Part shown: positions 49,258 through 57,616 of the stretch, one piece after another
Numbering within the stretch: position 1 is the stretch's first letter
How the letters are laid out: each line of letters begins with the position of its first letter
NCBI GenBank assembly: GCA_963840855.1
Contig: CAWJBB010000079.1
Location: forward strand, 64,001-128,000
Direction of reading: 5' to 3'
DNA length: 64,000 bases
DNA from: an uncultured delta proteobacterium
GTDB taxonomy: Bacteria; Desulfobacterota; Binatia; UBA9968
Notes under the pieces: generated by a model
Seen by the model: only the letters and a program-made list of their open reading frames with translations
Database searches by the model: none
Told to the model about the DNA's origin: nothing
Made by a program: the position numbers and the translations under genes

Positions 49258-51024
49258 CTATTCCTTGGCTCTCCACTGGTTGAGATGGCTGAGGATTTCC
49301 GGCAGGGAGTACAAAACGACGCGTAGATTTCCCTGATCCGCAATCGCGACATACTTTCCCGTCGGGTCGATGGCGATGCCATCCGCCGACTCGTAGTCGC
49401 CGACGAAGCCCAATAAGAACTTCGGTGTCTCGCTTTTTAAATCAAAGACCGCGATCCGGGTATTCTGCACATCCACCGCGAAAAGGTAATCGCCCACCAC
49501 CGCCAGGCCTTCGACGTCGCCGTCAAACACCTCGCCGCCGAAACCCTCAGGTGCGCCGATCAACTTGCCGCTTCTACGGTCGAAGATCTTGATGGCGCCG
49601 GTGCCCTCATTGGCCACGAACAGCTTATCTCGATACACCGCCAGCGATTCCGGCTCCTTGAGAATCGGTGTCGTCGCGGCGAGCTCCTGTATTTGAAAGC
49701 TCGGGTCTAACCTGCCGCCGGGCAGGAAACGATAGATTCGGCTCGTGCCGCTGTCGGAAATGAAGATACCGCCTTCGTGATCGATGGCGAGCCCTTGGAG
49801 GCTGGTGTAATCGTTCTTCTTGGTGGGGCGCCACAGGCCGTCCGCGCAGCGCGGCGATTCCTTGCCGCAGTAGCTCAACGGAATCGCCTTCTCGGGCAGC
49901 ACTTTGCCCTCAGCATCGAACACCTGAACGCGTTGATTGCCCTGATCGATCACGTAAACAAGGCCGTTTTTATCCACCGCGATTCCTTGCACCTGGTGGT
50001 AGACTATGAAACTGCCGATGGTATTGGCCACGCCGTGACTGAATTCACCAGGACCTGATCCCTCACGGCCGACGATCTGCACCGTCTGAGATTGATCGTC
50101 CAGACGGTATATCTTCAAGCGCGCGTTGTCGGAATCGCCCGCCACCAATCTACCGTCGAGCGTGAAAGCCACGGAATCCGGCTCATTGAACTGCTCGGTA
50201 AAATTCCCCCTCGCGCCGCCGACAACGCTCACCGCTCGGATCTGCCGCTCATCCGAGCGCAGCAGCACCGCCTTCTCCACGCCTTGGGCGTAGATACTTT
50301 TGGCACCCGAATTGAGCTTTAGATCGGCAATCAAATAATCCTTAATGCGCTTGATCTCCTCTATTTGCGCCGCAGTGCGGCGACCCGGCAAACCTTCAAC
50401 CTCCAAGGCCCAGAATTCTTTGCGGAGCTTCCTGCCGAAAAAACCTTCAAAGCTCCCGACCAAAAGGCTGACCAAAAACTCCTGCTTGCCGGCGCGTTCC
50501 AGGGCGACGCTATGCCGGGCATACTCCGCCACCAACTGGATACTTTTGAAATCACGCCCGTCGGGCAACGCCAGGCGCTTCGGCAAGGCCGGATCGTCCA
50601 GCCGTCCTTCTCTGGCCGCTAACACCTTGCCGGCTGGAAGGGCAACGGAATGAGTGGGTCCGGGAGAGGAGTGGTCTTGCGCCGAACCGCCCGCGTAAAA
50701 ATCAAGGTATGCGTGGCCGTCAAAGCTTTCCTTCACGCGGTAAAACATGCGTTGATGGTAAAGAAACAGGTCGGCAGTGTCGAAAAAAGTCTCACGGAAG
50801 CGCCGCTCTCCTGCCAGCACGACCCGGTAATTCAAAACCTCCTTCCGCTCGATCAGCTTGGCGACCCTGACCCTGTCGTTGGCAAAGTAAAGGGTGCTGC
50901 CGGTTTGTTGAGCCCACCCGCCGGTTACGTCGAGCAACAAAATACCCAAAACGATCCACGCCGTAGAAAAACTCCCGCCGGCGGATAGGTTTGACTTCGT
51001 CCGAGTCACAGAGATTCTCCGCAT
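49258..51024 (-). CDS. exported CYTH-like domain + NHL-repeat beta-propeller protein
   Basis: Signal peptide AWIVLGILLLDVTGGWA; CYTH-like ETFFDTADLFL..YRVKE, ALEVE, KSIYAQG; NHL repeats FNEPDSVAF, GIAVD..YVIDQGNQRVQVFD, GIAID..IADQGN. Confidence 0.75.
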   Translation of the reverse strand: MRRISVTRTKSNLSAGGSFSTAWIVLGILLLDVTGGWAQQTGSTLYFANDRVRVAKLIERKEVLNYRVVLAGERRFRETFFDTADLFLYHQRMFYRVKESFDGHAYLDFYAGGSAQDHSSPGPTHSVALPAGKVLAAREGRLDDPALPKRLALPDGRDFKSIQLVAEYARHSVALERAGKQEFLVSLLVGSFEGFFGRKLRKEFWALEVEGLPGRRTAAQIEEIKRIKDYLIADLKLNSGAKSIYAQGVEKAVLLRSDERQIRAVSVVGGARGNFTEQFNEPDSVAFTLDGRLVAGDSDNARLKIYRLDDQSQTVQIVGREGSGPGEFSHGVANTIGSFIVYHQVQGIAVDKNGLVYVIDQGNQRVQVFDAEGKVLPEKAIPLSYCGKESPRCADGLWRPTKKNDYTSLQGLAIDHEGGIFISDSGTSRIYRFLPGGRLDPSFQIQELAATTPILKEPESLAVYRDKLFVANEGTGAIKIFDRRSGKLIGAPEGFGGEVFDGDVEGLAVVGDYLFAVDVQNTRIAVFDLKSETPKFLLGFVGDYESADGIAIDPTGKYVAIADQGNLRVVLYSLPEILSHLNQWRAKE

Positions 51025-51404
51025 GCTTGAGCATTTCGCGCCGCAAAAACTTCCCGCCGCCGAGCTTTTATCACGTTTTTGCAATTCTGAAAACATAAAG
51101 ATCTTCGAGAATCTTGACCGGCGTGAAATCTCCGGTTGACAAATAAAGTGATACGCTGCTAGTCGTTGTCCCAAGAACAGGAGGCGTAATAAAAACGGCG
51201 CCCAACGCTCGGCGGCGATAGTTTCAGAGCCGATATTTTCCGTTGCCGATCTTACATCATCCGGACATAAAGTGTCAGGCGTCATTGGACTTTGATGATG
51301 AATTTCATTAGGTACAGCAAATGGCGAGCAATGGCGGTGGATGCCATGAGCTTTACACGGGGGCCGAATAGGCAGGGGCGAGCCGGTAAGAAAAGGATCT
51401 CAAG

Positions 51405-52397
51405 ATGAATATTCAGCTCAGTGCCGGCATGGCACCAAACCCGCGGACCTGGCCGCTCTTCGACGGCACTGTGAAGCCGGATGGCATCGACCTTATCATG
51501 TCGCCCGTGCACGCTTCTGAGCTATTTTGGCGCCAGCTCCGCTTTGCGGACTTCGATCTATCCGACATGTCCTTCTCGTCATTGATTATCGCCATGGCCC
51601 ATGGCGACGAACGTTGGGTCGGCTTGCCGATCTTCACAACCCGTAACTTCTTTCATACCCGTATTCTCGTGCGGCGCGATGCCGGCATCGAAACTCCGGC
51701 GGATCTCAAGGGCAAGCGGGTGGGTGTCCCGGAGTACCAGCAGACGGCGGCGCTATGGATTCGCGGTGTGCTGCAGCACGAGTTCGGTGTCGCGCCGCGG
51801 GATATGGAATTTTGGATGGAGCGAAATCCGGAGCATAGCCACGGCGGCGCCACCGGCTTCACCGCGCCCCCCGGCGTGACCGTTCATCAGGTTCCTTTAG
51901 GGAAAGATATCGGATCGATGATGATTTCCGGCGAGTTGCAAGCCACGCTGCTTTACATCGTGAACCGCAACCTGGTTGACCGCAGCACGGCCGATCTCTG
52001 GAATCACCCGCAGGTGAAATATCTGTTCCCGGACCCAAAAGCCGAGGGTATAAGATTCTATAAGAAGACGGGACTGTATCCGATCAATCACTGCGTCGTT
52101 ATAAAGCGGGCCATAGCGGAGAAGCATCCCTGGGCCGTCTTGAATATCTTGAAGGCCTTCGAGCGCGCCAACGCCATTGCCGACGAGCAAAGATTGCAAC
52201 ACGTCGATTACTACTTCGAAACCGGTTTGCTGCCGCCGGAAACAAGAAGCGGGCTGGCGACTCCGATAGTGCAATACGGCATCGCCGCCAACCGGCGCGT
52301 GCTCGAGACCGCCGCGCAATATTCCGCGGAACAGGGTCTGACCCCTCGGCTGCTCAAGCTCGAAGAGGTGTTCGCGCCAAGCACCATGGAGCAGTAG
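51405..52397 (+). CDS. 4,5-dihydroxyphthalate decarboxylase-like protein (Pht5/OphC family)
   Basis: RTWPLFDGTVKPDG, ELFWRQ..FD.SDMS, LKGKRVGVPEYQQTA..WIRG, YPINH. Confidence 0.8.
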   Translation: MNIQLSAGMAPNPRTWPLFDGTVKPDGIDLIMSPVHASELFWRQLRFADFDLSDMSFSSLIIAMAHGDERWVGLPIFTTRNFFHTRILVRRDAGIETPADLKGKRVGVPEYQQTAALWIRGVLQHEFGVAPRDMEFWMERNPEHSHGGATGFTAPPGVTVHQVPLGKDIGSMMISGELQATLLYIVNRNLVDRSTADLWNHPQVKYLFPDPKAEGIRFYKKTGLYPINHCVVIKRAIAEKHPWAVLNILKAFERANAIADEQRLQHVDYYFETGLLPPETRSGLATPIVQYGIAANRRVLETAAQYSAEQGLTPRLLKLEEVFAPSTMEQ

Positions 52398-52518
52398 TGA
52401 GTTAGCAGAGGATTTGACCGTCATCATGCGAGTGGAGGTTTAACCGAAAATTTCTTAACTTTCCGGGCTGCGGGTGGTTTAGATTCATTGGGCAAATTAC
52501 CTGTGGAAGGAGCAAACA

Positions 52519-53817
52519 ATGCTTACCAGAGAAGAGAACGAGCGCTTGACGCGGGTCGGCCGAGGGACTCCCATGGGGGAGTTGGTGCGCAGGTTTTGGC
52601 TGCCTTTTTTGCTGGAGTCGGATCTGCATGAACCTGATGGGCCCCCGGTGCGGGTTACTTTGTTGGGAGAAAGGCTCGTCGCGTTTCGCGACACCGATGG
52701 TCGCATCGGGCTCATCGACCGCGCCTGCGCGCACCGCTGCGCCGACCTCTTTTTCGGGCGCAACGAAGAGGGCGGTCTCAGGTGTACCTACCACGGTTGG
52801 AAATACGACGTGGACGGGAAGTGCTTGGACATGCCGACCGAAGACGCTGAGAACACTTTCAAGAATAATATCAAGCTCACGTCTTATCCAGTGCGCGAGG
52901 GAGCTGGAGTCCTGTGGACTTATATGGGCCCGAAAGACCAAATTCCGCAGCTGCCCGAGTTGGAGTGGGCGCGGGTTCCGCCGGGGCATCGGTTCGTTTC
53001 TTGGAACTACCAGCAAAATAACTTCGTCCAGGCCATCGATGGCGGCATCGATACAATCCACTCGATCTTTCTCCACAGCACCTTGGACTCGCACCGCCAG
53101 CTCAAGGCATGGCAGGAGCAGGGAAAACGCGATGGCAATCCCCGCCTGGTGCATCGCGTTCGAACCAATCCGCCCAAACTGGTGGCGAAGGATACCGACT
53201 ATGGTGTCCTGATCGGCGGCAAGTATCGCGGCAGCGAAGGCCAGGACTATTGGCGCTACAATAATTTTCTCATGCCTTTTTACACCATGCCGCCGGGCGG
53301 TGGCAGTGGCGCCAGCAGAAAAATCGCTCACGCCTTTGTGCCCATCGACGACGAAAATTCTATACGTTGGGTCTTCACCTGGGATTTTGAGCGGCCATTG
53401 AGCGCCAGGGAGATCGCGGAAATGAGGGCCGGCTCCAGCGTCCACGTCGAGTTTATCCCGGGCACCCACTACCCGGCGCGAAATCTGTCCAACGATTATC
53501 TGATCGACCGGGAGCTGCAGAAAACGATGACCTTCACCGGCATCAAAGGTATAGGCGAGCAGGACTTCTCCGTTCAGGAGGGCATGGGTAAAATCGTGAA
53601 CCGGACCCGGGAGCACTTGGGCAGCAGCGATATCGGCATCGTCGCCATGCGCCGCCGGCTATTGAAGGCCGCAGCGGATCTCCAGGAAGGCGTCGCGCCA
53701 TACGCGGCGCTGCACGGGGAAGTCTATCGCATTCGCTCAGGTGAAGCGATGCTGCCTGCAGATGCGCAATGGGACGAGGATGAGCGCGCGAAAGAAGCAA
53801 TGACTGCGCAGTGGTAG
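52519..53817 (+). CDS. Rieske non-heme iron oxygenase, phthalate 4,5-dioxygenase/LigX-like
   Basis: GTPMGELVRRFW; Rieske motifs CAH and CTYHGW; mononuclear Fe motif DTIH..FLH and EQD; EHLGSSD. Confidence 0.9.
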   Translation: MLTREENERLTRVGRGTPMGELVRRFWLPFLLESDLHEPDGPPVRVTLLGERLVAFRDTDGRIGLIDRACAHRCADLFFGRNEEGGLRCTYHGWKYDVDGKCLDMPTEDAENTFKNNIKLTSYPVREGAGVLWTYMGPKDQIPQLPELEWARVPPGHRFVSWNYQQNNFVQAIDGGIDTIHSIFLHSTLDSHRQLKAWQEQGKRDGNPRLVHRVRTNPPKLVAKDTDYGVLIGGKYRGSEGQDYWRYNNFLMPFYTMPPGGGSGASRKIAHAFVPIDDENSIRWVFTWDFERPLSAREIAEMRAGSSVHVEFIPGTHYPARNLSNDYLIDRELQKTMTFTGIKGIGEQDFSVQEGMGKIVNRTREHLGSSDIGIVAMRRRLLKAAADLQEGVAPYAALHGEVYRIRSGEAMLPADAQWDEDERAKEAMTAQW

Positions 53818-53910
53818 AGGCCACGCGCTCAGTCGCATCGTCAATTTTGTCAGGCTCTTCCGGGTTCCTGTCAAAGAAGCATCCACCGTCGAGTAGCAAG
53901 GAGGCGCGCC

Positions 53911-54858
53911 ATGATTCTCATCACCGGTGGTCTGGGCTTTATTGGTCTCCACACCGCGCGTTGTTTCCTCGATGCCGGAGAAGGCGTCGTACTCACGCAG
54001 TACCGCATGCGGCGCGAGCCTGATTTCCTCAAAGGTGAAATCGGCAGACGCGCTTTCATCGAGAAGCTGGATGTCACCAGCGCTCACGATGTGATCGATC
54101 TGGCGCGCCGGCACAAAATTACGGGAATTGTTCACCTCGCGGTGCCGGGGTTGGCCGCTCTGTCCGCAGCCGAGGATTACAGAGTCAACGTCGCAGGTTG
54201 GATCAACGTCCTCGAGGCCGCAAGACTTTGCGACGTGCGCCGCGTCAGCCTCGCAAGCTCAGTGGCCGTCTATGCCGGTCTCCCGGCGGGTCCGTTCCAA
54301 GAGGATGCCTTGCTACCGATCCAATCCGGAAACCCTACAGAGACATTCAAAAAGTCCATGGAGATATTGGCAACCCACTATGCGTCGCGGACCGGCCTTG
54401 AGATTGTCATGCTCCGGATTGGCACTCCTTATGGACCGCTCTACCACAGCTTGGCGGCTCCGACGAGCCGAATATGTCACGCCGCGGTCAAAGGAGTCCC
54501 GGCTGACTTTAAAGGCGCTCGAGGTGGAGCGCCGCACGAGGACGACGAGGTCGGCGCTTTCTACGTGAAGGATTGCGCGACGGCCATTCAGCTCCTCCAG
54601 ATGGCTGACAAACTTTCACACCGGATATACAACATCGCCGGCGAAGGACCGATCAAGTACCGGGAGTTTACCGAAGCCGTAAAAAAACTAGCGCCGCACA
54701 CGCAGATCGAACTGCAGTCCGGAACCGGGCCTCGTCATCGACCCAACGCTTACATGAACATAGACCGGATCAAGAAAGATGTGGGTTACCGACCTCAATA
54801 CGATCTCGAGCGAGGGGTGGCGGAGTATATAGACTGGCTAAGGGTTCACCCAGAATGA
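53911..54858 (+). CDS. NAD-dependent epimerase/dehydratase family protein
   Basis: ILITGGLGFIG, VHLA, ASSVAVY, YGP, YVKD. Confidence 0.88.
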   Translation: MILITGGLGFIGLHTARCFLDAGEGVVLTQYRMRREPDFLKGEIGRRAFIEKLDVTSAHDVIDLARRHKITGIVHLAVPGLAALSAAEDYRVNVAGWINVLEAARLCDVRRVSLASSVAVYAGLPAGPFQEDALLPIQSGNPTETFKKSMEILATHYASRTGLEIVMLRIGTPYGPLYHSLAAPTSRICHAAVKGVPADFKGARGGAPHEDDEVGAFYVKDCATAIQLLQMADKLSHRIYNIAGEGPIKYREFTEAVKKLAPHTQIELQSGTGPRHRPNAYMNIDRIKKDVGYRPQYDLERGVAEYIDWLRVHPE

Positions 54859-54913
54859 GTATCATCGCCGTTGGAGGTTGAGAACCATCCAATGGATCGG
54901 AGGCGCAATAAAA

Positions 54914-56338
54914 GTGGCTCGACAAAGCTTCCGCGAATTTCTCGGTGAAAAAATTTCTCGGCGCGCAGCTCTGCGCAACATTTCTCTTTGCGGACTCAGC
55001 TTGCCGTTGGTTCAAATGGTAAGCGACTCAAAGCTCCACGCCCAGAGCTTGGACCCGAAAGCGGCAGGAACCATTGTTTCAAAGCCGGTATTTACGGTTG
55101 CCGAGCGCAACCGGCGGTGGGAAGCCGTGCGCCGCATCATGACCAAGCCGCAATGGAATCTGGATGCCCTGCTCGCCCCGGGCAACGGCGACACGGCCTA
55201 TCCGCGTTACCTCACCCAGATCGGCGGCCGCGGCGGTTCCGCCGAGGTCATCTTTCCGCGCGATGTTTCCAAGCCTGTATTTGCTTTTACCGGCTCAGGC
55301 CGGAACAAGAGTTTCTGGTCGAAGCGACTCGTGTCATGGACTGCTGACGGCAAGCTGGTCATCAACGATGGCGAAGGTTCCAAGCCCGTTGCCGAGGAGC
55401 TCAAGTCCTTGGGATTCGATAAACCTGGCGCACGCATCGGCGTCGCCAAGCTTACCGGCAGCCGCTTTGATCCCGAAGGCGTTGTTTCAGTTACTTTCTT
55501 GGAAAATCTAAAGACGGCGTTGCCCGGAGTTCAGTTTGTCGGCATCGAGAAATGGGGCGCCGATTCCGGTCCTATCGATGAGCCGGCGATGGTCAAGAGC
55601 GCGGAGGAGCACACAGCCATCCGGCGCTGCGTTGCCGCGGGAGAAAAGGCCATCGAGACAATTGCTCGGGTAGCCCGTCTGCCCGCCAAAACCCAAGCTG
55701 ACATTTGGTTGCCAACTTTTACGGCGTTGTTTGCGGAGACCGGCGAAGATCCTACGCGGCTCTCCATCGCGCTCGACGAGCCTTCCAATGCTACCCTTGG
55801 CGCGCCGGTCGATGACCCGTTGAAGCCCGGACAAATCATCAGCCAGGAAATCGATGCTACGGTCCAGGGCTACCGCGCCCAGGTCAATCACTCGATCTTC
55901 GTCGGCGGGCCGAGCACGCCGGGCTTCAATTATTACAAGACAACGATGGAAGCGGCGCTCAAGGCGCTCAATGATTCCATCGCCATCATCGTGCCGGGCA
56001 AAACTACCTGTGGCCAACTCGTCGATCAGTACGCCTTGATCGTAGAAAAAATGAACGCCGATGATCGCTCCGGCGTCGTGCTCCACAGCAGCGGCATCGG
56101 CAATCTTTCCCGGCCGCGCCTCGGTCCGGCAAACTCACGCGGCGATTCCGATATTATTCTTGTGCCGGGCATGACCTTCGATTTTAAGCCCGCCTTGCGG
56201 ATGAAACGGAGCGTCATCCAAGATACCGGCCGCGAAAACCGCATCGTGCAGATCGGCGAGCACTATCTGATCACGGAAAAAGGCGCGCTGCGGCTCGGCA
56301 AGAGAAGGTTAGAGCCCCTGGCGACGGAGGCGACGTAG
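54914..56338 (+). CDS. M24 (creatinase/aminopeptidase P fold) protein with Tat signal
   Basis: GTG start after GGAGG; SRRAALR; ERNRRW, MVKSAEE, GYRAQ, LHSSGIG, PGMTF. Confidence 0.8.
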   Translation: MARQSFREFLGEKISRRAALRNISLCGLSLPLVQMVSDSKLHAQSLDPKAAGTIVSKPVFTVAERNRRWEAVRRIMTKPQWNLDALLAPGNGDTAYPRYLTQIGGRGGSAEVIFPRDVSKPVFAFTGSGRNKSFWSKRLVSWTADGKLVINDGEGSKPVAEELKSLGFDKPGARIGVAKLTGSRFDPEGVVSVTFLENLKTALPGVQFVGIEKWGADSGPIDEPAMVKSAEEHTAIRRCVAAGEKAIETIARVARLPAKTQADIWLPTFTALFAETGEDPTRLSIALDEPSNATLGAPVDDPLKPGQIISQEIDATVQGYRAQVNHSIFVGGPSTPGFNYYKTTMEAALKALNDSIAIIVPGKTTCGQLVDQYALIVEKMNADDRSGVVLHSSGIGNLSRPRLGPANSRGDSDIILVPGMTFDFKPALRMKRSVIQDTGRENRIVQIGEHYLITEKGALRLGKRRLEPLATEAT

Positions 56339-56342
56339 GATC

Positions 56343-57581
56343 ATGCCTGACAGTATTCCTGAACAGATTCCCCGCCCCGTTTTTTCTCTCGCCGAACGCG
56401 ACCGGCGCTGGTCGCGAGTACGCGAGACAATGGCGACGGAGAACTTGGACGGCCTCATCGCGCCGGCGAGGCTGGAAGAAGGCGATACGCTCTATCTCAC
56501 GCAAGTCGGCGGCCGGACCAGGGAGGCCTGGGTAGTTTTCGCGCGCGATCCAGCCAAACCCATTCTTGCAATTGTCGAGTCCGAGAGAGTAAAGGGTTTT
56601 TGGTTGGGCGCCCAGAGCTGGCTCCAAGAACAAAATTTCCGCGTCTCATCGATGAACATGTCAGACTCCGTTATTCTCGCGCTCAAGGAGCTCGACCTCG
56701 AGCGCGGCCGCGTGGGAGTCGCCCAGCTGACCGGCGTTCGCTTCGATCCTGAAGGGTTGATCCCCTTTACCACTTTCGATCGGGTGCGCAGCGCCCTGCC
56801 CCAAGCAAATTTTGTCGCCACGGATATCCTTCATCGGCTGCGCATGATCAAAAGCCCGGAAGAGATCGCAGTGCTGCGCAACATTGTCGCGGCCAATGAA
56901 AAAGCCATTATCACTCTGGTGCAAGCGGCGCGTACGGCGACGCGCCAGGCCGACATCTGGTATCCGGTTTACATTCAGCTGTTTCTTAGCACCGGCGAGT
57001 TACCCACAAGGCTGTCGATGGCCCTCAACAAGGGAGGGAATAGCACCCTGGGCGCGCCCACCGCGGACCCTGTGCAAGTGGGACAGATTCTCAGCGAGGA
57101 GATCTCGGCCAATTATCAGGGCTATCGGGCGCAAATCAACCACTCACTTTTTATCGGCAGCGCGGCGACGCCTGGATATTCGTACTATGAAACCGGAATC
57201 CAGGCTGCGATTAAGATTTTTATCGCAGTGGTCGAAGCGATTCGCCCCGGCAAAACCACCACCGGAGAACTCATGGCGCGCTACACGGAGTTGGCCCGAG
57301 AGGTCGGCGCAGAGCCGCCCGGCGGAGTCCTGCTGCACAGCAGCGGCATCGGCAGCCAGCGGCCACGCGTCGGGCCGACGACCAGAGAAGACATGGACGT
57401 TGTGCTTCAACCCGGCATGACCTTCGACCTTAAGCCGACAATCGTGATGCGACGCGAAGTCGTTTCGGACATCGGGGCAAAAAACCGCTCCGTGCAAATC
57501 GGCGAACATGTGGTGGTGACGGAAACCGGTGCAATTCGCTTGGGTACGAGAGCGCTGAAGCCGATAACCACGGCCGGCTAA
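56343..57581 (+). CDS. M24 (creatinase/aminopeptidase P fold) protein, paralogue of 54914, no signal peptide
   Basis: FSLAERDRRW, RMIKSPEE, GYRAQ, LHSSGIG, PGMTF, VVVTETG. Confidence 0.85.
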   Translation: MPDSIPEQIPRPVFSLAERDRRWSRVRETMATENLDGLIAPARLEEGDTLYLTQVGGRTREAWVVFARDPAKPILAIVESERVKGFWLGAQSWLQEQNFRVSSMNMSDSVILALKELDLERGRVGVAQLTGVRFDPEGLIPFTTFDRVRSALPQANFVATDILHRLRMIKSPEEIAVLRNIVAANEKAIITLVQAARTATRQADIWYPVYIQLFLSTGELPTRLSMALNKGGNSTLGAPTADPVQVGQILSEEISANYQGYRAQINHSLFIGSAATPGYSYYETGIQAAIKIFIAVVEAIRPGKTTTGELMARYTELAREVGAEPPGGVLLHSSGIGSQRPRVGPTTREDMDVVLQPGMTFDLKPTIVMRREVVSDIGAKNRSVQIGEHVVVTETGAIRLGTRALKPITTAG

Positions 57582-57616
57582 GTGGTTATGGCTTAGAGAA
57601 AGAGAGGTTACGGAAA

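Noticed and set aside
51025-51285. N-terminal 87 aa of the 675-aa ORF
   Set aside because: Looks like promoter-region sequence; the signal peptide only makes sense from the ATG at 51024 or a nearby later start.
52402-53616. 404-aa minus-strand ORF
   Set aside because: Antisense shadow of the Rieske oxygenase with no recognisable motifs; common in GC-rich DNA.
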